Source of the DNA: Gammaproteobacteria bacterium
Lineage (GTDB): Bacteria; Pseudomonadota; Gammaproteobacteria; DRLM01
Length of the DNA: 37,623 bases
Reading direction: 5' to 3'
NCBI GenBank assembly: GCA_015490395.1
Contig: WFXX01000326.1
Span: forward strand, 1 to 37,623
Positions within the stretch are counted from its first letter, which is position 1, and each line of letters begins with the position of its first letter. Made by a program: the position numbers and the translations under genes. Below, one piece after another: positions 7,766 through 19,335 of this stretch. The notes under the pieces were generated by a model that saw only the letters and a list, made by a program, of their open reading frames with translations, was not told the DNA's origin and did not search any database.

Positions 7766-8773
7766 TCAGGCAGATGCCTGCTCCTTGCCCTCACCCTCCG
7801 GCTGCAAACCGGGCGGCGGCCAGTGCTCCAGCCGCATCCCCAGGCTCAGGCCGTGCCGGGCCAGCACCTCCTTGATCTCCGTGAGGGACTTCTTACCAAG
7901 GTTAGGGGTCTTGAGGAGCTCCACCTCGGTACGCTGCACCAGATCCCCCACGTAATAAATGTTCTCGGCTTTGAGGCAATTGGCCGCTCGAACCGTCAGC
8001 TCCAAGTCGTCGATAGGTCGCAGCAGCACCGGATCAAGCTGGGCCTCCGCGCCCGCCGCCTTCGTCTCCTCCCGGCCCTCTAGGGCCACGAAGACCGAGA
8101 GCTGGTCTCGGAGGATGGTGGCCGCCCGCCGGATGGCCTCCTCGGCGTCGATAGTGCCGTTGGTCTCAAGCTCGATGACCAGCCGGTCCAAGTCCGTGCG
8201 CTGCTCCACCCGCGCCGCCTCCACCACGTAGGCGACCCGGCGCACCGGGCTGAAGGAGGCGTCCAGCTGCAGGTGACCGATGGCCCGGTCCTCCTCTCCT
8301 TGGCGTGCGGTGGCAGGCTGGTAGCCCCGCCCGCGCTGGATCTTGAGCCGCGCGCTGATCTCGCCCGACTGGGTCAGATGGCAGATGACGTGGTCCGGGT
8401 TGACGATCTCGATGCCATGGCCGAGCTCGATGTCCGAGGCCAGCACAGGGCCCGGGCCCTTCTTCCTGAGCACCACCTCCGCCTCGTCCCGCTCGTCCAT
8501 GCGGATAGCCAAGCCCTTGAGGTTGAGCAGGATCTCGATGACGTCCTCCTGCACCCCCTCGATGGTGGTGTACTCGTGCAGCACCCCGTCGATCTGCACC
8601 TCCGTCACCGCCGCACCGGGCATGGAGGACAGCAGCACACGACGCAGGGCGTTACCCAGGGTATGCCCGAAGCCACGCTCCAGGGGCTCGATGCTCACCC
8701 GAGCCCGTGTCGGGCTCAGTTCCTGCACGGAAACCGAGCGCGGCTTGAGGAATTCCGTCGCTGAACCCTGCAT
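7766..8773 (-). CDS. rpoA: DNA-directed RNA polymerase subunit alpha
   Basis: 335 aa, collinear with E. coli RpoA: LKPR..., [10 protein letters not shown], and a C-terminal domain with [15 protein letters not shown]. Confidence 0.98.
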   Translation of the reverse strand: MQGSATEFLKPRSVSVQELSPTRARVSIEPLERGFGHTLGNALRRVLLSSMPGAAVTEVQIDGVLHEYTTIEGVQEDVIEILLNLKGLAIRMDERDEAEVVLRKKGPGPVLASDIELGHGIEIVNPDHVICHLTQSGEISARLKIQRGRGYQPATARQGEEDRAIGHLQLDASFSPVRRVAYVVEAARVEQRTDLDRLVIELETNGTIDAEEAIRRAATILRDQLSVFVALEGREETKAAGAEAQLDPVLLRPIDDLELTVRAANCLKAENIYYVGDLVQRTEVELLKTPNLGKKSLTEIKEVLARHGLSLGMRLEHWPPPGLQPEGEGKEQASA

Positions 8774-8814
8774 GGGTCGTCCTCGCTACTTCCTGGAAGG
8801 GATCCCTGAGTCCG

Positions 8815-9441
8815 TCACTTGGAGTAGAGCTCCACCACCAAGTGCTCGTTGATCTCCGGCGGCAGGTCCGCCCGGCTGGGAACCGCCTTGAAGACCCCCT
8901 CCTTCTTGTCCACATCCACCTCGATCCACTCTGGGAAGCCGTTCTGCTGCGCCAGCTCCAGGGCCGCCTGGACCCGCTGCTGGCGCTTGGCCCGCTCCGT
9001 GAGCGAGATCACATCCCCAGGCCGCACCTGGTAGCTGGGGATGTTTACCCGCCGGCCGTTGACCAGCACCCCGTTGTGCCGGACGAGCTGTCGGGCCTCG
9101 GCCTGGGAGGCCCCGAAGCCCATGCGCCGCACCACCGTGTCCAGCCGGCACTCCAAGATCTGGAGCAGGTTCTCGCCCGTGGAGCCACGTCGCCGGTCCG
9201 CCTCCTGGTAGACCAGCCGGAACTGGCGCTCCAGCAGGCCGTAGATGCGGCGCAGCTTCTGCTTCTCGCGTAGCTGCAGCGCGTAGTCCGTCACCCGCCG
9301 CCGGCGCTGCCCGTGCTGCCCGGGCGGGAAGCCGCGTTTCTCCAACGCGCACTTAGCGGTATAGCACTTCTCACCTTTCAGGAAGAGCTTCTCGCCCTCC
9401 CGGCGACAGAGTCGGCACTTGGGACCGATATATCTCGCCAC
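8815..9441 (-). CDS. rpsD: 30S ribosomal protein S4 (four-cysteine N-terminal form)
   Basis: (M)[15 protein letters not shown]...KCYTAKC...PPGQHG. The start codon read from the sequence is GTG. Confidence 0.97.
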   Translation of the reverse strand: MARYIGPKCRLCRREGEKLFLKGEKCYTAKCALEKRGFPPGQHGQRRRRVTDYALQLREKQKLRRIYGLLERQFRLVYQEADRRRGSTGENLLQILECRLDTVVRRMGFGASQAEARQLVRHNGVLVNGRRVNIPSYQVRPGDVISLTERAKRQQRVQAALELAQQNGFPEWIEVDVDKKEGVFKAVPSRADLPPEINEHLVVELYSK

Positions 9442-9459
9442 CTCGTACCTCCCAAGCCT

Positions 9460-9849
9460 TCAGACCCGGCGCTTCTTGGGCGGCCGGCACCCGTTGTGCG
9501 GGATAGGCGTGGCATCAGCGATGAGGTTGATCTTCAGCCCCGCCGCATGCAGCCCGCGGACCGCCGAATCGCGCCCCGGCCCCGGACCCTTGACGTAGAC
9601 GTCCACGCTCTTCATCCCGAACTCCTGGGCTGCGGCCGCCGCCCGCGTGGCGGCCACCTGGGCGGCGAAGGGCGTGCTCTTGCGCGAGCCCTTGAAGCCG
9701 CTAGAGCCCGCCGAGGCCCAGCAGAGGGTGTTCCCCTGCCGGTCGGTGATGGTGACGATGGTGTTGTTGAAGGAGGCGCTGATGTGCGCCACCCCCTCCG
9801 CCACGCTCCTCTTCGCCCGCTTGCGCGCGCGCGCCGTGCTCTTCGCCAT
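9460..9849 (-). CDS. rpsK: 30S ribosomal protein S11
   Basis: [22 protein letters not shown]... typical of S11. Confidence 0.97.
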   Translation of the reverse strand: MAKSTARARKRAKRSVAEGVAHISASFNNTIVTITDRQGNTLCWASAGSSGFKGSRKSTPFAAQVAATRAAAAAQEFGMKSVDVYVKGPGPGRDSAVRGLHAAGLKINLIADATPIPHNGCRPPKKRRV

Positions 9850-9898
9850 CTCCGCTATCCCGTCCTCGAAGCCGTGCCTGCCGGGACGCCCCGCCCCC

Positions 9899-10255
9899 TC
9901 ACTTCCGGATCATGCGCCGCGGCCCCTTGCGGGTGCGCGCGTTGGTCCGCGTCCGCTGCCCGCGCACCGGCAATCCCCGCCGATGGCGCAGACCGCGGTA
10001 GCAGCCCAAATCCATGAGGCGCTTGATGCTCATGGACACCTCGCGCCGCAGGTCGCCCTCTACCTTGTAACGACTTACCTCCTGGCGCAGGGCATCCAGC
10101 TCCTGCTCCGTCAGGTCCTTGACCTTACGTGACGGATCGACTCCGGCCGCAGCGCAGATGTCCCGCGCCCGAGAACGGCCAATCCCATAGATGGCCGTCA
10201 GGGCCACCCACGTGTGCTTGTGGACCGGAATGTTGATACCAGCGATACGCGCCAT
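9899..10255 (-). CDS. rpsM: 30S ribosomal protein S13
   Basis: [10 protein letters not shown]...ALTAIYGIG typical of S13. Confidence 0.97.
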   Translation of the reverse strand: MARIAGINIPVHKHTWVALTAIYGIGRSRARDICAAAGVDPSRKVKDLTEQELDALRQEVSRYKVEGDLRREVSMSIKRLMDLGCYRGLRHRRGLPVRGQRTRTNARTRKGPRRMIRK

Positions 10256-10331
10256 ATCCTAAAGCACCCTCCGCCAGCCAGGCTGGGTAAACGGTGTATT
10301 TTACACTGAGGATGGATGACAACGCAAGGCC

Positions 10332-10445
10332 TCAGCCCTGGCGCTGCTTGTGGCGCGCCTCCCTGCAGATCACCCGCACCACACCCTTGCGGCGGATAAT
10401 CTTGCAGTTGCGGCAGATCCGCCTCACAGAAGCCCTGACCTTCAT
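10332..10445 (-). CDS. rpmJ: 50S ribosomal protein L36 (Cys3-His zinc form)
   Basis: Too short for the ORF track. Manual translation gives [37 protein letters not shown], in the expected secY-rpmJ-rpsM position. Confidence 0.93.
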   Translation of the reverse strand: MKVRASVRRICRNCKIIRRKGVVRVICREARHKQRQG

Positions 10446-10480
10446 GGCAACCTCCTCCTCTCCGTCAGCCGCCTACCCGA

Positions 10481-11812
10481 TTAACGCAGTCCGCCCTTGA
10501 GCTTGGCCTTTCGGAGCAGCCCCTCGTACTGGTGCGACATCAGATGGGCCTGGAGCTGGGCCATGAAGTCCATCACCACCACCACCACGATCAGGAGCGA
10601 AGTGCCACCGAAGTAGAAAGGCACATTCCAGGTGACGATGAGAAACTCCGGCAGCAAGCACACCGCCGTCACGTAGATTGCCCCCGCCAGGGTCAAACGA
10701 GTCATCACCTGCCCGATGTACCGCGCCGTCTGCTCCCCTGGGCGGATCCCCGGAATGAAGGCGCCCGACTTCTTCAGATTATCTGCGGTATCCCGGGGAT
10801 TGAACACCAGCGCCGTGTAGAAGAAGCAGAAGAAGATGATGGCCACGGCATAGACCACCACGTACACGGGCTGGCCCGGCGACAAGGTGGCAGCCAGGGT
10901 TTGCAGCCACGCCATCCCCTCCCCCGTGGCCCCGAACCACCCCGCGATGGTGGCCGGAAACAGGATGATGCTGGAGGCGAAGATGGGCGGGATCACACCC
11001 GCCATGTTCACCTTCAAAGGCAGGTGGCTGCTCTGCCCGGCAAAGACCCGTCGCCCCATCTGGCGCTTGGCGTATTGCACCGGGATCCGTCGTTGGGCCC
11101 GCTCCATGAACACCACAAAGGCTGTCACCGCTACGGCGATGATCAGCAGCAGCAGGATGCTGAGAGGCTGAAGCTCCCCCGTGCGTGCCAGCTCCAGGGT
11201 ACCGCCCAAGGCCCCTGGAAGTCCGGCCACAATCCCGGCGAAAATGAGTAACGAGATTCCGTTACCGATCCCTCGTTCCGTCACCTGCTCTCCCAGCCAC
11301 ATCAGGAACATAGTTCCCGTGACCAGGGTCACCACCGCGGTGAACACGAAGCCGATCCCCGGCTCAATGACCACCGAGACGCCGCCCACCTCCTGCCGCT
11401 GCAAGGCCACGGCCACCCCGATGGCCTGGAAGGTGGCCAGGAAAACCGTGAAGTAGCGCGTATACTGCATGATCTTGCGCCGCCCCGACTCACCCTCCTT
11501 ACGCAGCTGCTCCAGCTTCGGCACCACCACGGTGAGCAGCTGGAGGATGATGGAGGCCGAGATGTAGGGCATCACCCCTAAGGCGAAAATGGCCACCCGC
11601 TTCAGGGCCCCACCCGAGAACATGTTGAACATGTCGATGATGGTGCCCTGCTGCTGCTGGAACAAAGCCTCCAGGGCCGTGGGGTTGATACCCGGCACGG
11701 GAATCACCGCCCCGATGCGGAACACCACCAGGGCACCGAGCACGAACAGCAGCCGGCGCCGGATCTCCGTCCACCGGGTGATATCCCGGAGCGACTGAGC
11801 GGTGGTGGCCAT
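10481..11812 (-). CDS. secY: Preprotein translocase subunit SecY
   Basis: 443-aa polytopic ORF, collinear with SecY and in the canonical rplO-secY-rpmJ position. Confidence 0.98.
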   Translation of the reverse strand: MATTAQSLRDITRWTEIRRRLLFVLGALVVFRIGAVIPVPGINPTALEALFQQQQGTIIDMFNMFSGGALKRVAIFALGVMPYISASIILQLLTVVVPKLEQLRKEGESGRRKIMQYTRYFTVFLATFQAIGVAVALQRQEVGGVSVVIEPGIGFVFTAVVTLVTGTMFLMWLGEQVTERGIGNGISLLIFAGIVAGLPGALGGTLELARTGELQPLSILLLLIIAVAVTAFVVFMERAQRRIPVQYAKRQMGRRVFAGQSSHLPLKVNMAGVIPPIFASSIILFPATIAGWFGATGEGMAWLQTLAATLSPGQPVYVVVYAVAIIFFCFFYTALVFNPRDTADNLKKSGAFIPGIRPGEQTARYIGQVMTRLTLAGAIYVTAVCLLPEFLIVTWNVPFYFGGTSLLIVVVVVMDFMAQLQAHLMSHQYEGLLRKAKLKGGLR

Positions 11813-11826
11813 TGGGGCTTACCGCC

Positions 11827-12267
11827 TCAGCCTTCCACCCGGCCGCCTGCGGCCTCAATGGCCGCCCGCGCCCCCCGGGTCACAGCCAAGCCACGCACCA
11901 CCACCGGGCCAGTCAGCTCGCCGGAGAGGATCACCTTCACCTTCCGCGCCTGGCGAGGCACCAGCCCGCGAGCCTTAAGCAGCGCCAGGTCCACCACCTC
12001 GGCGCCCTCAGCCGCCTTGGCCAGCTCGTGCAGGCGCAGCTCGGCCACGAAGCGGCTGCGGCGGGAACGGAAGCCCACCTTGGGTAGCCGGCGCTGCAGC
12101 GGCATCTGACCGCCCTCGAAGCCCACCTTGTGGAAGCCCCCAGATCGGGCCTTCTGTCCCTTCTGCCCGCGGCCGCAGGTCTTGCCCAAGCCCGAACCGA
12201 TGCCCCGGCCCACGCGCTTACGCGCCGCCTTGGAGCCCGGCGCCGGCCTTAGCTCGTTTAGCCGCAC
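11827..12267 (-). CDS. rplO: 50S ribosomal protein L15
   Basis: (M)[29 protein letters not shown]...; GTG start. Confidence 0.97.
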   Translation of the reverse strand: MRLNELRPAPGSKAARKRVGRGIGSGLGKTCGRGQKGQKARSGGFHKVGFEGGQMPLQRRLPKVGFRSRRSRFVAELRLHELAKAAEGAEVVDLALLKARGLVPRQARKVKVILSGELTGPVVVRGLAVTRGARAAIEAAGGRVEG

Positions 12268-12268
12268 C

Positions 12269-12454
12269 TCAAACCTCCTCCACCTTCAACAGGTAAGACA
12301 CCTTCCGGATCATCCCGCGGATGGCAGGCGTATCCTTCACCACCACACTCTGGTGCATTCGCCGCAGCCCCAGGCCGCGCACGCAGGCCTGGTGATCGGC
12401 CAGCCGGCCGTGGCGGCTGCGCACCAGGGTCACCTTCAGCCTCCTGTCGACCAT
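12269..12454 (-). CDS. rpmD: 50S ribosomal protein L30
   Basis: Track ORF trimmed to [18 protein letters not shown]...GLGLRRM...DTPAIRGMI..., 61 aa. Confidence 0.95.
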   Translation of the reverse strand: MVDRRLKVTLVRSRHGRLADHQACVRGLGLRRMHQSVVVKDTPAIRGMIRKVSYLLKVEEV

Positions 12455-12498
12455 GCTCTCGCCCCCCGTCACCGCGCGTCCCGCTGCGGGTATTCGGC

Positions 12499-13005
12499 TC
12501 AGTCCAGAATTTCCTCCACGCGCTTGCCACGCTTGGCAGCCACGCTCTCCGGATCTGCCATCGACACCAAGCCCTTCATGGTGGCCCGGACTACGTTGAT
12601 GGGGTTGCGTGAGCCGATGCATTTGGCCAACACATCGCGCACCCCCAACACCTCGAAGACCGCCCGCATGGCGCCACCGGCGATAATCCCGGTGCCCTCA
12701 GAAGCAGGACGCATGTGCACCTTCGCCGCCCCGTACGTTGCCGTAACAGGATGCTGCAACGTACCTCCCTTGAGTCGAATGCGGCGGAGATTACGCTTGC
12801 CCTCGGCCACCGCCTTCTCGATGGCCACTGGCACCTCACGGGCCTTGCCCTGACCGAAGCCCACGCGGCCCTTGCCATCGCCGACCACCACGAGAGCCGA
12901 GAAGCCAAACTGCCGCCCGCCTTTGACCACCTTGGCCACGCGCCGCAGCGCCACGAGCTTCTCCTGGAGCTCCTCGCCCTCCGGGATCATGTCCTCTCTT
13001 GCCAT
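12499..13005 (-). CDS. rpsE: 30S ribosomal protein S5
   Basis: [33 protein letters not shown] typical of S5. Confidence 0.97.
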   Translation of the reverse strand: MAREDMIPEGEELQEKLVALRRVAKVVKGGRQFGFSALVVVGDGKGRVGFGQGKAREVPVAIEKAVAEGKRNLRRIRLKGGTLQHPVTATYGAAKVHMRPASEGTGIIAGGAMRAVFEVLGVRDVLAKCIGSRNPINVVRATMKGLVSMADPESVAAKRGKRVEEILD

Positions 13006-13014
13006 GGAAGCACC

Positions 13015-13368
13015 TCAGAACTCGAGCCCGCCTTCTCGGGCGCCATCGGCCAAGGCCTTCACCCGGCCGTGATACTTGAACCCCGAGCGATCGAAGGCCA
13101 CCCGTGTGACCCCCTTAGCCCTGGCCCGCTCCGCGATCAGCCGGCCGACAGCACGGGCGGCCTCCACATTGCCGGTGCGCTCCAGCTGTTGCCGCAACTG
13201 GCGGTCCAAAGTGGACGCTGCAGCCACCACCTCCGACCCGCTCGGGGCGATCACCTGAGCATAGATGTGGCGAGGCGTGCGATGCACCGTCAACCGGTGA
13301 ATCCCCAGCCGTCGTATCAGGGCCCGTGCCCGCCTCGCCCGGCGCAAACGACTGGCCTTCTTATCCAC
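13015..13368 (-). CDS. rplR: 50S ribosomal protein L18
   Basis: [16 protein letters not shown]... typical of L18. The track start is GTG 13377. The second GTG at 13368 has AGGTGA 5 nt upstream and gives (M)DKKASRLRR, the same length (117 aa) as E. coli L18. The start is uncertain by 9 nt. Confidence 0.93.
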   Translation of the reverse strand: MDKKASRLRRARRARALIRRLGIHRLTVHRTPRHIYAQVIAPSGSEVVAAASTLDRQLRQQLERTGNVEAARAVGRLIAERARAKGVTRVAFDRSGFKYHGRVKALADGAREGGLEF

Positions 13369-13380
13369 GTTGGTCACCTG

Positions 13381-13914
13381 TTACTTCTTCTTCGCCTCTT
13401 TCCGCACCACCACCTCTTCCGCATACTTGATCCCCTTGCCCTTGTAAGGCTCAGGGGGGCGGAAGGCGCGGATTTCCGCGGCCACCTGTCCTACCCGCTG
13501 CTTATCGATGCCCCGCACCACGATCTCGGTCTGGCTCGGGGTCTCGATGGAGATACCCTCGGGGACGGGATAGTTGATAGGATGCGAGAAGCCCAACGAG
13601 AGGCTGAGCACCTTACCCTGCACCTGCGCACGGTAGCCCACACCCACCAGCTCCAATCGCTTCTCGAAGCCCCGGCTCACCCCGTGGACCATGTTGGCGG
13701 CCAGCGAGCGCAGCGTACCCGCCATCGCCCGGGCGGTGCGCCGCTCGCTGCGGGGTGCGAAGCGCAGGGCTCCGTCCTCCTGGCGCACCTCCACCTCCGG
13801 GTGCAGCGGCAGGCGCAGGCTACCCTTGCTGCCCTTCACCGCCAGCGTGTCGCCCTCGACGGCCACCTGGACCCCCGACGGGATCGGCACCGGCTTCTTG
13901 GCGATCCTCGACAT
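13381..13914 (-). CDS. rplF: 50S ribosomal protein L6
   Basis: [17 protein letters not shown]... 177 aa. Confidence 0.97.
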   Translation of the reverse strand: MSRIAKKPVPIPSGVQVAVEGDTLAVKGSKGSLRLPLHPEVEVRQEDGALRFAPRSERRTARAMAGTLRSLAANMVHGVSRGFEKRLELVGVGYRAQVQGKVLSLSLGFSHPINYPVPEGISIETPSQTEIVVRGIDKQRVGQVAAEIRAFRPPEPYKGKGIKYAEEVVVRKEAKKK

Positions 13915-13923
13915 GATCTGCCC

Positions 13924-14319
13924 CTATGCCACGTAACAGAGCACTTCGCCACCGTGGCCTGCCCGGCGGGCGGCCCGGTCCGTCATCACCCCTTTGGGCG
14001 TGGAGACGATGGCGATGCCGAGCCCGCCCTGCACCCTAGGGAGCTCGTCCCGTCCGCAGTAGAGCCGCAACCCCGGCCGGCTAGCTCGCTCGATAGTAGT
14101 GATCACCGGTCGACCTTCGTGATACTTAAGATGCACGGTCAGTACCGGCTTTCCGTCCATCTCCTCCACGCTGTAGTCTTTGATGTAGCCCTCTTCCTTC
14201 AGCACTTGAACGATGGCCACCTTGAGTTTGGAGGAGGGCATGCTCACCTCGGCCTTCTCCGCCCGCTGGGCGTTGCGGATGCGGGTCAGCATGTCCGCGA
14301 TGGGATCGGTCATGCTCAT
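13924..14319 (-). CDS. rpsH: 30S ribosomal protein S8
   Basis: Trimmed to [17 protein letters not shown], the same N-terminus pattern as E. coli S8. Confidence 0.96.
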   Translation of the reverse strand: MSMTDPIADMLTRIRNAQRAEKAEVSMPSSKLKVAIVQVLKEEGYIKDYSVEEMDGKPVLTVHLKYHEGRPVITTIERASRPGLRLYCGRDELPRVQGGLGIAIVSTPKGVMTDRAARRAGHGGEVLCYVA

Positions 14320-14330
14320 GGCATCCCCCG

Positions 14331-14636
14331 TCACCAGCTCGCCTTCACCAGCCCGGGCACATCCCCCCGCATGGCGGCCTCCCGGAGCTTGTTCCGGCCC
14401 AGCCCGAACTTACGGTAATAGCCCCGAGGGCGCCCACTGATGCGACAGCGATGCCGCAGACGCACGGGGCTAGCGTTGCGCGGCAGAGACTGGAGCTTGC
14501 GCATCGCCGCCTCCCGCTCCTCCGGGCTCGCCTGCGGGTCAGCGATCACTCGCTTGAGCTCCGCCCGCCTGGCCGCATACTTCTGCACCAGGCGTGCACG
14601 CTTCAGCTCGCGCTGGACCATCGAAACCTTCGCCAT
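14331..14636 (-). CDS. rpsN: 30S ribosomal protein S14 (long, non-zinc form)
   Basis: Trimmed to [13 protein letters not shown]..., 101 aa ending in ...GLVKASW. Confidence 0.96.
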   Translation of the reverse strand: MAKVSMVQRELKRARLVQKYAARRAELKRVIADPQASPEEREAAMRKLQSLPRNASPVRLRHRCRISGRPRGYYRKFGLGRNKLREAAMRGDVPGLVKASW

Positions 14637-14647
14637 CGTCCGCCACC

Positions 14648-15187
14648 TCATGCTCTCAGAGGGAAGTTGAAGGCCCTGAGCAGCTCCCGAGCCTCCTCGT
14701 CGGTGCGCGCGCTCGTGGTGATGGTCACGTCCATGCCCCTAAGCGCGTCGATCTTGTCGTAGTCGATCTCCGGAAACACGATCTGCTCACGGATTCCGAG
14801 GCTGTAGTTGCCCCGCCCGTCGAAGGAGCGGGGGCTCAGCCCGCGGAAGTCGCGGATGCGAGGAATGGCGATGTTGATAAGCCGGTCCAGGAACTCGTAC
14901 ATCCGCTCCCGTCGCAACGTCACCTTGCAGCCGATGGGCCACCCCTGCCTAATCTTAAACCCGGCCACAGATTTCCTCGCCCGAGTCACCACCGGCCGTT
15001 GCCCAGTAATACGGGCCAGATCCTCCATGGCATGCTCGATCACCTTACGGTCCCCTACCGCCTCCCCGACACCCATGTTCACCGTGATCTTGACCAGGCG
15101 TGGCACCTGCATCACATTGCGGTATCCAAAGCGTTCCATGAGGCGTGGGACCACCTGCTCCTTGTAAAACTCTTGCAGTCGAGCCAT
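14648..15187 (-). CDS. rplE: 50S ribosomal protein L5
   Basis: [22 protein letters not shown]... 179 aa. Confidence 0.97.
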   Translation of the reverse strand: MARLQEFYKEQVVPRLMERFGYRNVMQVPRLVKITVNMGVGEAVGDRKVIEHAMEDLARITGQRPVVTRARKSVAGFKIRQGWPIGCKVTLRRERMYEFLDRLINIAIPRIRDFRGLSPRSFDGRGNYSLGIREQIVFPEIDYDKIDALRGMDVTITTSARTDEEARELLRAFNFPLRA

Positions 15188-15199
15188 CTTACTACGCCC

Positions 15200-15523
15200 T
15201 CAAACGTCCACCACCTCACCTGTGGACTTGAAGTAACGGACCTTCCGACCGTCCTCCAACGTCTTGATCCCCACACGGTCCGCCCTGCCGGTAGCCGGAT
15301 TGAACAAGGCCACATTGGAGATATGGATGGGGGCCTCCTTCTCGATGATCCCGCCCGGGATCCCACGCACCGGGTTGGGCTTCTGGTGCTTCTTCACCAT
15401 GTTAACGTTCTGCACCAGCACCCGGCCGTCCCGGCGCACGGCGATCACGGTCCCCCGCTTGCCCTTCTCCTTACCGGCGATGACAATGACGTCGTCACCC
15501 TTCCTGATCTTGCGCATGGCCAT
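15200..15523 (-). CDS. rplX: 50S ribosomal protein L24
   Basis: [22 protein letters not shown] typical of L24. The start could instead be the ATG 6 nt downstream. Confidence 0.95.
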   Translation of the reverse strand: MAMRKIRKGDDVIVIAGKEKGKRGTVIAVRRDGRVLVQNVNMVKKHQKPNPVRGIPGGIIEKEAPIHISNVALFNPATGRADRVGIKTLEDGRKVRYFKSTGEVVDV

Positions 15524-15539
15524 GGCTACTACACCCCGC

Positions 15540-15908
15540 TCAGAGGACCTCGGGCGCCAACGACACGATCTTCATGAACCGCTCCGTGCGCAGCTCACGG
15601 GTCACCGGGCCAAAGATGCGCGTCCCGATGGGCTGGAGCTGGTTATTGAGCAGCACCGCCGCGTTACCGTCGAAACGAATCACCGAGCCATCCGGGCGAC
15701 GCACCCCCTTGCGGGTACGGACCACCACGGCGTTGTACACCTCCCCCTTTTTCACCTTTCCTCTCGGGATGGCCTCTTTGACGCTCACCTTGATGATGTC
15801 GCCGATGTTGGCATACCGGCGCTTGGAGCCGCCCAACACCTTGATGCACATCAGGCGCCGCGCCCCGCTGTTATCCGCCGCCGTGAGCATGGTCTGCATC
15901 TGGATCAT
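15540..15908 (-). CDS. rplN: 50S ribosomal protein L14
   Basis: [28 protein letters not shown], near-identical to the E. coli L14 N-terminus. Confidence 0.98.
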   Translation of the reverse strand: MIQMQTMLTAADNSGARRLMCIKVLGGSKRRYANIGDIIKVSVKEAIPRGKVKKGEVYNAVVVRTRKGVRRPDGSVIRFDGNAAVLLNNQLQPIGTRIFGPVTRELRTERFMKIVSLAPEVL

Positions 15909-15941
15909 GGCGTCACCTCCTCGCGCCGGCCCATTCGCCCA

Positions 15942-16214
15942 TCACTCGCCCTTGGCCTCGGCCCGCTCCACGATGCGCACCAGCCGCCAGGCCTTGGTCT
16001 TGGAGATGGGCCGACACGGCGCCACCTCCACCAAGTCTCCCTCGCGGCACTCGTTGCGCTCGTCGTGGGCATGCAGCTTCGTGGAGCGGCGCACGTACTT
16101 CTTGTACAGCGGGTGCGGAACCCGCCGCTCCACCAGCACCGTCACGGTCTTGTCCATCTTGTCGCTCACCACTCGCCCCACGAGCGTCCGGAGGGTCTTG
16201 CTATCGCGCGTCAT
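15942..16214 (-). CDS. rpsQ: 30S ribosomal protein S17
   Basis: [29 protein letters not shown] typical of S17. ATGA overlap with the rpmC stop. Confidence 0.96.
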   Translation of the reverse strand: MTRDSKTLRTLVGRVVSDKMDKTVTVLVERRVPHPLYKKYVRRSTKLHAHDERNECREGDLVEVAPCRPISKTKAWRLVRIVERAEAKGE

Positions 16215-16414
16215 GACGCCTCACCCGCTCTTCGCTTCTCGTTAAGCACCGTCTTCACCCGAGCGATGTTCCGCCGCACCTGCCGCAGCAGATGCGGCTG
16301 CGCCAGCTGGCCCGTGGCCTGCTGGACGCGCAGGTTGAACTGCTCGCGCAGCAGGGCGTGCAGCTCCTCCTGGAGCTCACGCTCAGTCTTCTTGCGCAGC
16401 TCGCTCGCCTTCAT
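16211..16414 (-). CDS. rpmC: 50S ribosomal protein L29
   Basis: Trimmed to ATG 16414 ([14 protein letters not shown]...REQFNLR...), which overlaps the rplP stop as TGATG. Confidence 0.95.
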   Translation of the reverse strand: MKASELRKKTERELQEELHALLREQFNLRVQQATGQLAQPHLLRQVRRNIARVKTVLNEKRRAGEAS

Positions 16415-16827
16415 CACATCACCGTCCGCGTGGCAAAGACCGTCTTCACCGGCAGCTTCGCCGCGGCCAGCCGAAAGGCTTCTCGGGCCACGTCCTCCTG
16501 CACGCCCTCGATCTCATAAAGCATATGCCCCGGCTTGACCTCGGCGACCCAAAACTCCACGTTCCCCTTGCCGCTGCCCATGCGCACCTCCAGCGGCTTC
16601 TTGGTCACGGGCTTGTCCGGGAAAATACGGATCCACAGTTTCCCTCCACGCCGCACGCGCCGCGTGATGGCCCGACGGGCCGCTTCGATCTGCCGCGCCG
16701 TGATCCGCCCTCGGGTGACAGCCTTCAAGCCGTACTGGCCGAAGCTCACCCGGTTTCCGCTGTGGGCCAGCCCCCGGTTACGCCCCTTCTGCTGCTTCCG
16801 ATATTTGGTCCGCTTAGGCTGCAACAT
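16414..16827 (-). CDS. rplP: 50S ribosomal protein L16
   Basis: [19 protein letters not shown]... 137 aa. Confidence 0.97.
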   Translation of the reverse strand: MLQPKRTKYRKQQKGRNRGLAHSGNRVSFGQYGLKAVTRGRITARQIEAARRAITRRVRRGGKLWIRIFPDKPVTKKPLEVRMGSGKGNVEFWVAEVKPGHMLYEIEGVQEDVAREAFRLAAAKLPVKTVFATRTVM

Positions 16828-16845
16828 GGCGAACGTCCTCCACGC

Positions 16846-17517
16846 TCAGCGGGCCCCAGCAGCCTCGGCCGCCTCACCTCCGGCACCCCGACCGAAGACC
16901 TCGCCCTTGAAGATCCAGACTTTCACGCCGATCACCCCGGAGGTAGTGCGCGCCTCGGCGAAACCGTAGTCAATATCCGCCCGGAGGGTGTGCAGCGGCA
17001 CACGCCCTTCGCGATACCACTCGCTGCGCGCAATCTCCGCCCCGCCCAGGCGACCGGCCACATTGATCTTGATGCCCTGCGCACCTAGACGCATGGTGTT
17101 AGCCACGGCACGCTTCATGGCACGACGGAACATGATTCGCCGCTCCAACTGCTGGGCCACGCTCTCGGCCACCAGTTGGGCATCCAGCTCCGGCTTGCGG
17201 ATCTCTTCCACGTTAATATGGACGGGAACCCCCATGATGGCCGCCACCTCCTGTCGAAGGGCCTCGATGTCCTCGCCCTTCTTGCCGATGACGATGCCCG
17301 GGCGCGCCGTATGAATGGTGATACGAGCTGTCCGCGCCGGACGCTCGATCTCGATCCGGCTCACCGAAGCGTGGGCTAGCTTCCGCTTGATGTGATCGCG
17401 GACCCGAAGATCCGTGTACAGATAGTCCGCGTAATCCCGGGAGCCGGCATACCAAGTGGAGGTCCAGTCCTTGATGACCCCCAGCCGGAACCCGATCGGA
17501 TGCACCTTCTGCCCCAT
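16846..17517 (-). CDS. rpsC: 30S ribosomal protein S3
   Basis: [20 protein letters not shown]... 223 aa. Confidence 0.97.
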   Translation of the reverse strand: MGQKVHPIGFRLGVIKDWTSTWYAGSRDYADYLYTDLRVRDHIKRKLAHASVSRIEIERPARTARITIHTARPGIVIGKKGEDIEALRQEVAAIMGVPVHINVEEIRKPELDAQLVAESVAQQLERRIMFRRAMKRAVANTMRLGAQGIKINVAGRLGGAEIARSEWYREGRVPLHTLRADIDYGFAEARTTSGVIGVKVWIFKGEVFGRGAGGEAAEAAGAR

Positions 17518-17527
17518 CGCCTCACCT

Positions 17528-17866
17528 CTAACTCTGGCCGTCGCCCACCACCACGGTGATATGGCTAGTGCGCTTCAGGATCCGGTTGGCCCGTCCCTTC
17601 GCGCGCGGTCGGATGCGTTTGTAGGTCGGACCCTCGTCCACGAAGATCCGCGTCACCCGCAGCTCATCGATGTCCGCCCCGTCATTGTGTTCCGCGTTGG
17701 CGATGGCCGACTCCAGCACCTTCTTCACAATCCCGGCGGCCCTCTTTCGACTGAACGTCAAGACCTGCAGGGCCTTGCTCACTGGCAGTCCGCGAATCTG
17801 ATCCGCCACCAGACGGCACTTCTGGGCGGAGATGCGCGCGTATCTGAGCCTCGCTGCGGTCTCCAT
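17528..17866 (-). CDS. rplV: 50S ribosomal protein L22
   Basis: The track start at 17872 is GTG. ATG 17866 gives [26 protein letters not shown], collinear with E. coli METIAKHRHARSSAQK. Confidence 0.95.
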   Translation of the reverse strand: METAARLRYARISAQKCRLVADQIRGLPVSKALQVLTFSRKRAAGIVKKVLESAIANAEHNDGADIDELRVTRIFVDEGPTYKRIRPRAKGRANRILKRTSHITVVVGDGQS

Positions 17867-17882
17867 GGCCACCTTACCTCAC

Positions 17883-18155
17883 TCACTTGGCCTTCTTCGC
17901 ACCGGCGTGCCCGCGGAAGGTGCGGGTCGCCGCGAACTCGCCCAGCTTGTGCCCAACCATGTTCTCGGTGATCAGGATGGGCACGTGCTGGCGCCCATTG
18001 TGCACGGCGATGGTAAGCCCCACCATCTCCGGCACGATCATGGAGCGGCGCGACCAAGTCTTGATGGGCCGCTTGCTACCCGTGGCCACGGCCTCCTGCA
18101 CCTTCTTCATCAGGTGCAGGTCGACAAAAGGACCCTTCTTAACCGAGCGCGGCAC
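17883..18155 (-). CDS. rpsS: 30S ribosomal protein S19
   Basis: (M)[14 protein letters not shown]...; GTG start. Confidence 0.97.
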   Translation of the reverse strand: MPRSVKKGPFVDLHLMKKVQEAVATGSKRPIKTWSRRSMIVPEMVGLTIAVHNGRQHVPILITENMVGHKLGEFAATRTFRGHAGAKKAK

Positions 18156-18182
18156 CTTATCTCCCTCCTCCCGTGCTAACGG

Positions 18183-19004
18183 TCATTTCCGGCGGCGCAC
18201 TATCATTCTGTCGGAGCGCTTATTCCTGCGCGTCTTGTGACCCTTGGTGGGCACGCCCCACGGGGTGACCGGGTGCCGCCCGCCCGAGGTGCGCCCTTCG
18301 CCACCGCCGTGAGGGTGATCCACCGGATTCATGGCCACACCCCTCACCGTTGGGCGGATGCCCCGCCAGCGGGCGGCTCCCGCCTTGCCCAGGGAGCGCA
18401 GGTTATGCTGGCTGTTACCCACCTCACCGACCGTAGCCCGGCATTCCATGTGCACCTTGCGCATCTCCCCCGAACGTAGGCGCAGCGTGGCGTACTGCCC
18501 CTCTTTGGCCACCACCTGGATGGCCGCACCCGCTGCCCGGCCGAGCTGCCCCCCTTTGCCGGGACGCAGCTCCACACAATGCACCATGGTGCCTACGGGG
18601 ATGTTACGCAACGGCAAGCAATTGCCCACCCGGATGGGGGCCTCCGGCCCGGAGACAATCTCGTCCCCCGGCTGCAACCCCTTGGGGGCGATGATGTAAC
18701 GCCGCTCGCCATCCGCGTAGAGAACCAAGGCGATATGAGCGCTGCGATTCGGGTCGTACTCCAGCCGCTCCACACGCGCCGGCACGCCGTCCTTATCCCG
18801 CCTAAAATCGATGATCCGATACAAGCGCTTGTGCCCACCCCCTCGGTGCCGCACGGTGATGCGGCCCAGGTTGTTGCGCCCCCCGGTCTTGGTCAGCTTC
18901 TCCGTCAGCGGGGCGTAGGGCCGGCCCTTGTGTAGACCCGGCTCCACCACTCGGACCACGAAGCGGCGTCCCGGCGAAGTCGGCTTGGCCTTCACCAATG
19001 GCAT
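18183..19004 (-). CDS. rplB: 50S ribosomal protein L2
   Basis: [15 protein letters not shown]..., 273 aa with the GGGEGR block. Confidence 0.98.
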   Translation of the reverse strand: MPLVKAKPTSPGRRFVVRVVEPGLHKGRPYAPLTEKLTKTGGRNNLGRITVRHRGGGHKRLYRIIDFRRDKDGVPARVERLEYDPNRSAHIALVLYADGERRYIIAPKGLQPGDEIVSGPEAPIRVGNCLPLRNIPVGTMVHCVELRPGKGGQLGRAAGAAIQVVAKEGQYATLRLRSGEMRKVHMECRATVGEVGNSQHNLRSLGKAGAARWRGIRPTVRGVAMNPVDHPHGGGEGRTSGGRHPVTPWGVPTKGHKTRRNKRSDRMIVRRRK

Positions 19005-19038
19005 CGTCAGGATCCTCGCTGCCTAACCGCACCCCGAC

Positions 19039-19335
19039 TCATTGCGCGGGGCCAAAATCGATATCGTAACCCGGCTGGAGCCGCACGTACGCCTTGCGCA
19101 CCTTGGTCCGCCGACCCTCTATCATGCCAAAGCGCTTGCGCTTACCCTTCACGTTGAGGACCCGAACGCTCTCCACCTTGACTTGGAATAGGTCCTCCAC
19201 GGCCCGTTTGATCTCGGGCTTGGTGGCATCCGGGGCCACCCGGAACACGAACTGACGGTGCTTATCCGCCGTCAGGGTCGACTTCTCCGAGACGTGCGGC
19301 GCCAGCAGCACCTTGAGGATGCGCTCCTTGTTCAT
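19039..19335 (-). CDS. rplW: 50S ribosomal protein L23
   Basis: Trimmed to ATG 19335 ([19 protein letters not shown]). ATGA overlap with the rplD stop. Confidence 0.95.
   Translation of the reverse strand: MNKERILKVLLAPHVSEKSTLTADKHRQFVFRVAPDATKPEIKRAVEDLFQVKVESVRVLNVKGKRKRFGMIEGRRTKVRKAYVRLQPGYDIDFGPAQ

Noticed and set aside
12715-14418. A 567-aa plus-strand ORF across rpsE-rplR-rplF-rpsH. Similar cases are 15264-16538 (424 aa), 14594-15577, 26902-28011, 29726-30793 and 35286-35984.
   Set aside because: All are antisense to ribosomal protein or RNAP genes, have biased R/H/L/G/P composition, and lack SD sequences and motifs. They are shadow ORFs.
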